From IMG/VR virus record IMGVR_UViG_2912838376_000002, positions 96,001 to 160,000 of that record: 64,000 bases of DNA; one strand, written 5' to 3'. This DNA comes from a virus (taxonomy: Duplodnaviria; Caudoviricetes). The first letter of the stretch is position 1; every line of letters begins with the position of its first letter. Shown piece after piece: positions 60,344 through 64,000 of this stretch. A program made the position numbers and the translations under genes. Under the pieces are notes generated by a model. It did no database searches. It was not told the DNA's origin and was given only the letters and a program-made list of their open reading frames with translations.

Positions 60344-61105
60344 TTAACGGAATATCCCCGGTAAATATGTTTTGATTGCAGTGTCTACATCCATTGTCCC
60401 AGCTGGTTTTAACGAGTCAAACGGATAAGAGTACGCCTCCCCTGCTTCTTTTGCAGCTTTTAGCTTATTCGCTTCGTTCATCATGTGATAAATAGCCGAT
60501 TCTGTATTTTCGGTGTTCCCATTAGGATGTGTCCATTCAAATGGTTTTACACGATTACCTGATAAATCATAGTTAAACGGCTGTGAAAAGAATCGAGCCG
60601 GAATACTTTGAATTGATTTAGGAACAGGTACCTCAGGTAGAGTTCTACCCCAACAAATACCATGACTCGTACCAATATTACAAAACGGTGCATGTAATAC
60701 CTTATCTTTTAATGACAGAAGTTCATGTTTTAGAACGTAAGTTATTGAGTGAGTTAATTTCTTTTTACCGTTTGGATCTGTCATTACTTCGAAAACCCAC
60801 AACATAGGTGGAATTGGTAGAGTAACTTCAGTAGGTAACCCACTACTACGCCCAATATCAAATTTAACAACACGCTCTGTTGGTGGTGTCGTTAGCACAT
60901 ATCCTTCATAGTGATTTTTACGATAATACTTAACAACTCCCCATTGAGAAGGAAGCAACGGTGTTTCCATTGCTTGTTCTTTCATGAAGATTTGCTGAAT
61001 TGTTTCGATGTTTGTATTTTTAATTGCTTTGATACCATCTTTGTTAACCGTCTCTACAGTTACTTTTTCTGGCTCTAAGACAATCGTAGTTTTTGGTGTA
61101 ACCAT
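60344..61105 (-). CDS. Prokaryotic E2 family D-like protein
   Basis: LPIPPMLWVF...HAPFCNIGTSHGICWG...FFSQPFN. Confidence 0.8.
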   Translation of the reverse strand: MVTPKTTIVLEPEKVTVETVNKDGIKAIKNTNIETIQQIFMKEQAMETPLLPSQWGVVKYYRKNHYEGYVLTTPPTERVVKFDIGRSSGLPTEVTLPIPPMLWVFEVMTDPNGKKKLTHSITYVLKHELLSLKDKVLHAPFCNIGTSHGICWGRTLPEVPVPKSIQSIPARFFSQPFNYDLSGNRVKPFEWTHPNGNTENTESAIYHMMNEANKLKAAKEAGEAYSYPFDSLKPAGTMDVDTAIKTYLPGIFR

Positions 61106-61120
61106 ATTTTCTCCTCCAAG

Positions 61121-62701
61121 TTATCCTGTGTAATGTTGCATTGTAAGAATTGCTCTTTGCCTTGACATCTCTCTGTGTCTGAAAGAATAAATCGTGTAGA
61201 GTCCAGCGTTCAATTGAAGGGCTTTAAAGATCTTATCAATATCAGTATTGATATAAATTTCACTTATTCCCTCTTCATTCATTCGAATGCCCGCATGATT
61301 GCCTGTGTTATCTTTAAGAATAAGATAACCATTTGGATGTCTACCCGTTTTCTTTAGAAGTTCTCTATTGAATGACAGATTGCTTTTCTCAAATTGATAC
61401 TCAGCAGCATGAATAAACACTGGTCCTGTCTCCTTGTCTTCTTCATTCTCGAAATATGTAGAAGAAGCCATGAAATCGTCGATGATTTTCTTGTAATCCA
61501 ATGTTTGATCTTCCTTGATAGTGTCAATAATAGACTTAAGAGTTTCATTTTCTTCTAATTGAATATCTTCCACTGGGTTATCTAAAGAATCCACTAGATT
61601 CTTACAGATTCCCATATCTTCCACTAATTCCTCAGGGATAAGTGCAAGGAAGTCTTCATAAGAAGCCTTAACAAAGATGTTGTTGTTGATAATGAATGGG
61701 TTTGCCCCTTCTAAACTACGCGGTGATTCATCGTCATAACCCGTGTATTGACCAACACCTAAATACTTTAACACTTCCGTATCAGTTGGAAGTGTTTCAG
61801 AAATCATAATTGGCTTAGCTACATAACTAGAATCATCGCTTATATCGTGCGACGAATAGATATGTACGGACGAACCAATATACATTAAGTCATCTAGTGT
61901 AGGTGTTTTAACAAATACCTGACGGTTATGTTCTTTACATAGTTCACGTAATTCATCATCCTCAATCAACGCAACCGGGATAACAATTTTGGAAAGAATC
62001 TCTTTAAGATGAATAATTCCAAAACGAATATGTTCTTCACGAAGAGATGCTTGAAGTCGTTCATCAAAAGCTTTAACTGCTTTGTTTAATGTTTTATAAT
62101 CCTCACGAAGATCATCGATATATTTCTTTTCTGAATTCACTCGACTTATTAAACTACTAAAATACTGAAATTCAGTAGTAACTCCAACAGGCTTACCACT
62201 TCTGTCTTTTGGTAGGAATAGTGGCCCTGTAGCTGGAATCTCATTCGTTCTAAAAACAAGACTTTTATCTTCCCCTGCTGTACATACATCACTAATTCGT
62301 GGGTTGTAGTTATTAGCACGGAATCTTCTCCAGAAATCATAGTTATATGACTGAAGAAACGAGTCCCTAAAACGAGCCATGTTTTTATATTTATTATAGG
62401 CCTCTATCATTTCTGATGTGTTTTCATCCATTTTTAAAGTGAAGACATCACCATGAACCACATCACCATTAACTTGCTCATGAGCAATGTTGTAGTAATC
62501 CGAAAGACCTTGCATTATTTTATTTGTTACCTCAAAGAAAAACTGCTTCGATTGCTCCAAATCATTAGTAGGAAGTTGTTCCAGTTTTCCCTGAAGTTCT
62601 TCAATAATCTCACTAAACTCGTTACCTCTGAGGTGTGATTTTAAAGTGAATAATATATTGAATATTCCTCGGCGAAATTGGACATCATTATTAATAATCA
62701 T
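61121..62701 (-). CDS. Large hypothetical protein in Ubl cassette 2
   Basis: 526-aa ORF, AGGAG RBS. Confidence 0.8.
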   Translation of the reverse strand: MIINNDVQFRRGIFNILFTLKSHLRGNEFSEIIEELQGKLEQLPTNDLEQSKQFFFEVTNKIMQGLSDYYNIAHEQVNGDVVHGDVFTLKMDENTSEMIEAYNKYKNMARFRDSFLQSYNYDFWRRFRANNYNPRISDVCTAGEDKSLVFRTNEIPATGPLFLPKDRSGKPVGVTTEFQYFSSLISRVNSEKKYIDDLREDYKTLNKAVKAFDERLQASLREEHIRFGIIHLKEILSKIVIPVALIEDDELRELCKEHNRQVFVKTPTLDDLMYIGSSVHIYSSHDISDDSSYVAKPIMISETLPTDTEVLKYLGVGQYTGYDDESPRSLEGANPFIINNNIFVKASYEDFLALIPEELVEDMGICKNLVDSLDNPVEDIQLEENETLKSIIDTIKEDQTLDYKKIIDDFMASSTYFENEEDKETGPVFIHAAEYQFEKSNLSFNRELLKKTGRHPNGYLILKDNTGNHAGIRMNEEGISEIYINTDIDKIFKALQLNAGLYTIYSFRHREMSRQRAILTMQHYTG

Positions 62702-62719
62702 CCAAACTCTCCTTTCCCA

Positions 62720-63067
62720 TTAAATATAATCAACATCGAAGGAGAAGACATTTGGCGTTTTATCAAGTTCGGATAAGTATCCACGATAATTCTTGTTATG
62801 TGCCTGTATGGTCTGATCCATGCTATTGATGGAATTTGATGTTGTGTTATTTAAGATTGCTCCGAACTCTTCGAATGTTGATGGTGCCATTAAATTACTA
62901 ACTACTGATGTAACTTCAGATGGCCAGAAGTTAGACTCTTGAACTACTTCAAAACTTTGCATAACCCTCATTGGTAAAGGTAGTAGGGGAGATACTTTAT
63001 CTTCTGAAGTGGTTTCAGTTTCAACAACAGATTCAGCTTGAACAGTTAAAACAACTGGTTCTTCCAT
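62720..63067 (-). CDS. Hypothetical protein in Ubl cassette 2
   Basis: 115-aa ORF. Confidence 0.65.
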   Translation of the reverse strand: MEEPVVLTVQAESVVETETTSEDKVSPLLPLPMRVMQSFEVVQESNFWPSEVTSVVSNLMAPSTFEEFGAILNNTTSNSINSMDQTIQAHNKNYRGYLSELDKTPNVFSFDVDYI

Positions 63068-63207
63068 TCTGCAAACCTCTCAATCTATTAAATTCAAACA
63101 AAATATGAGGGAAACCAGTGTATTAAACTAGTTTCCCCTATAAAATAATTTATTTCATTTGTTTTTAGTGGATAGAAGGAAAAAATGTTAGTTTCCCCTT
63201 AAATCTA

Positions 63208-63957
63208 CTAAGCTACTTTAGCTAAACCAATAGTAAACTTACGGACAAACGGAACAACATTACCTTTAGTTCCGGCTTTTGCAGTGAAAGTAACAACGTT
63301 TCCTTCACGAGTAATAGTCGGATTCTTTAGCTCTGGGAAGTTTTCAATCATAGCTGCTTCCAGTGCTTTCATATCAGTATCTGCTGGTACATCTAGTTTA
63401 GTGTCCGCATAGATAACTTCTAACATATCAGAACCTTTAGTTCCTGCTTTTGCCGTGAATGTGATTGTGTTCCCTTCACGAGTTACCGTAGGGTTCTTTA
63501 ATTCAGGGAAGTTCTCGATCATTGCAGCTTCTAAAGCCTTCATGTCTGTATCCGCTGGAACTTCTAACTTCGTATCTGCATAGATAACATCTAGCATGTC
63601 AGCACCCTTAGTACCAGCTTTTGCTGTAAATGTTACTGTGTTCCCCTCACGAGTGATTGTTGGGTTTTTTAGTTCTGGAAAGTTCTCGATCATCGCTGCT
63701 TCTAATGCTTTCATGTCTGTGTTGGCTGGAACCTCCAATTTAGTATCTGCGTAAACTACATCTAACATTTCCATAGTATCTGCTCCTTTTGTACCTGCTT
63801 TAGCTGTAAAAGTAATCGTATTGCCTTCTCGCGTGATTGTTGGATTCTTCAATTCTGGAAAATTCTCAATCATCGCTGCTTCTAACGCCTTCATATCAGT
63901 GTCAGCTGGTACCTCTAATTTTGTATCTGCATAAATTACGTCTAACATGTTTGTCAT
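63208..63957 (-). CDS. Polyubiquitin-like precursor: four 55-aa Prok_Ub/PRTRC-C units plus a 17-aa tail
   Basis: Four MLDVIYAD...NFPEL...AKAGTKG units, linkers ADTME/AD/SD, tail NVVPFVRKFTIGLAKVA; AAGGAG RBS. Confidence 0.85.
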   Translation of the reverse strand: MTNMLDVIYADTKLEVPADTDMKALEAAMIENFPELKNPTITREGNTITFTAKAGTKGADTMEMLDVVYADTKLEVPANTDMKALEAAMIENFPELKNPTITREGNTVTFTAKAGTKGADMLDVIYADTKLEVPADTDMKALEAAMIENFPELKNPTVTREGNTITFTAKAGTKGSDMLEVIYADTKLDVPADTDMKALEAAMIENFPELKNPTITREGNVVTFTAKAGTKGNVVPFVRKFTIGLAKVA

Positions 63958-64000
63958 TTAATTACTCCTTCATCGAAACCATTAGTTTTGGTTTTTTCAA

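Overview
AT-rich window, almost entirely minus-strand, from a large phage-like replicon (jumbo phage, phage-plasmid or megaplasmid). Its Rap-Phr, AbrB, Mnt and amidase genes point to a Bacillus cereus-group host. The backbone carries nucleotide metabolism (tmk, dut, folA, thyA, tdk), recombination and replication (resolvase-like nuclease, PcrA, Sak, RecA, SSB, LigA, DnaE, RNase HI), a holin and an endolysin, an array of about 18 tRNAs plus 5 aberrant tRNA-like RNAs, and repair genes (NADAR, Thg1-like, SLOG-macro, RtcB). No capsid, tail or Rep gene is visible. Highlights: (1) two PRTRC-type ubiquitin-like cassettes, one with a 4x polyubiquitin-like precursor whose last Gly is capped by a tail and which sits next to a JAB peptidase; (2) a retron (a1/a2 repeats, branched GC-rich msd) whose RT gene is split in frame by a 6.4-kb metal-homeostasis island flanked by 7-bp direct repeats, with no recognisable recombinase; (3) a coiled-coil gene followed by a 320-nt RNA containing AAAG-type heptad repeats; (4) several unexplained structured RNAs; (5) a repeated GGGCUAACGCCC hairpin family and a TAYGTT -10 promoter class. 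All family calls come from motif recognition by eye, not from database searches.
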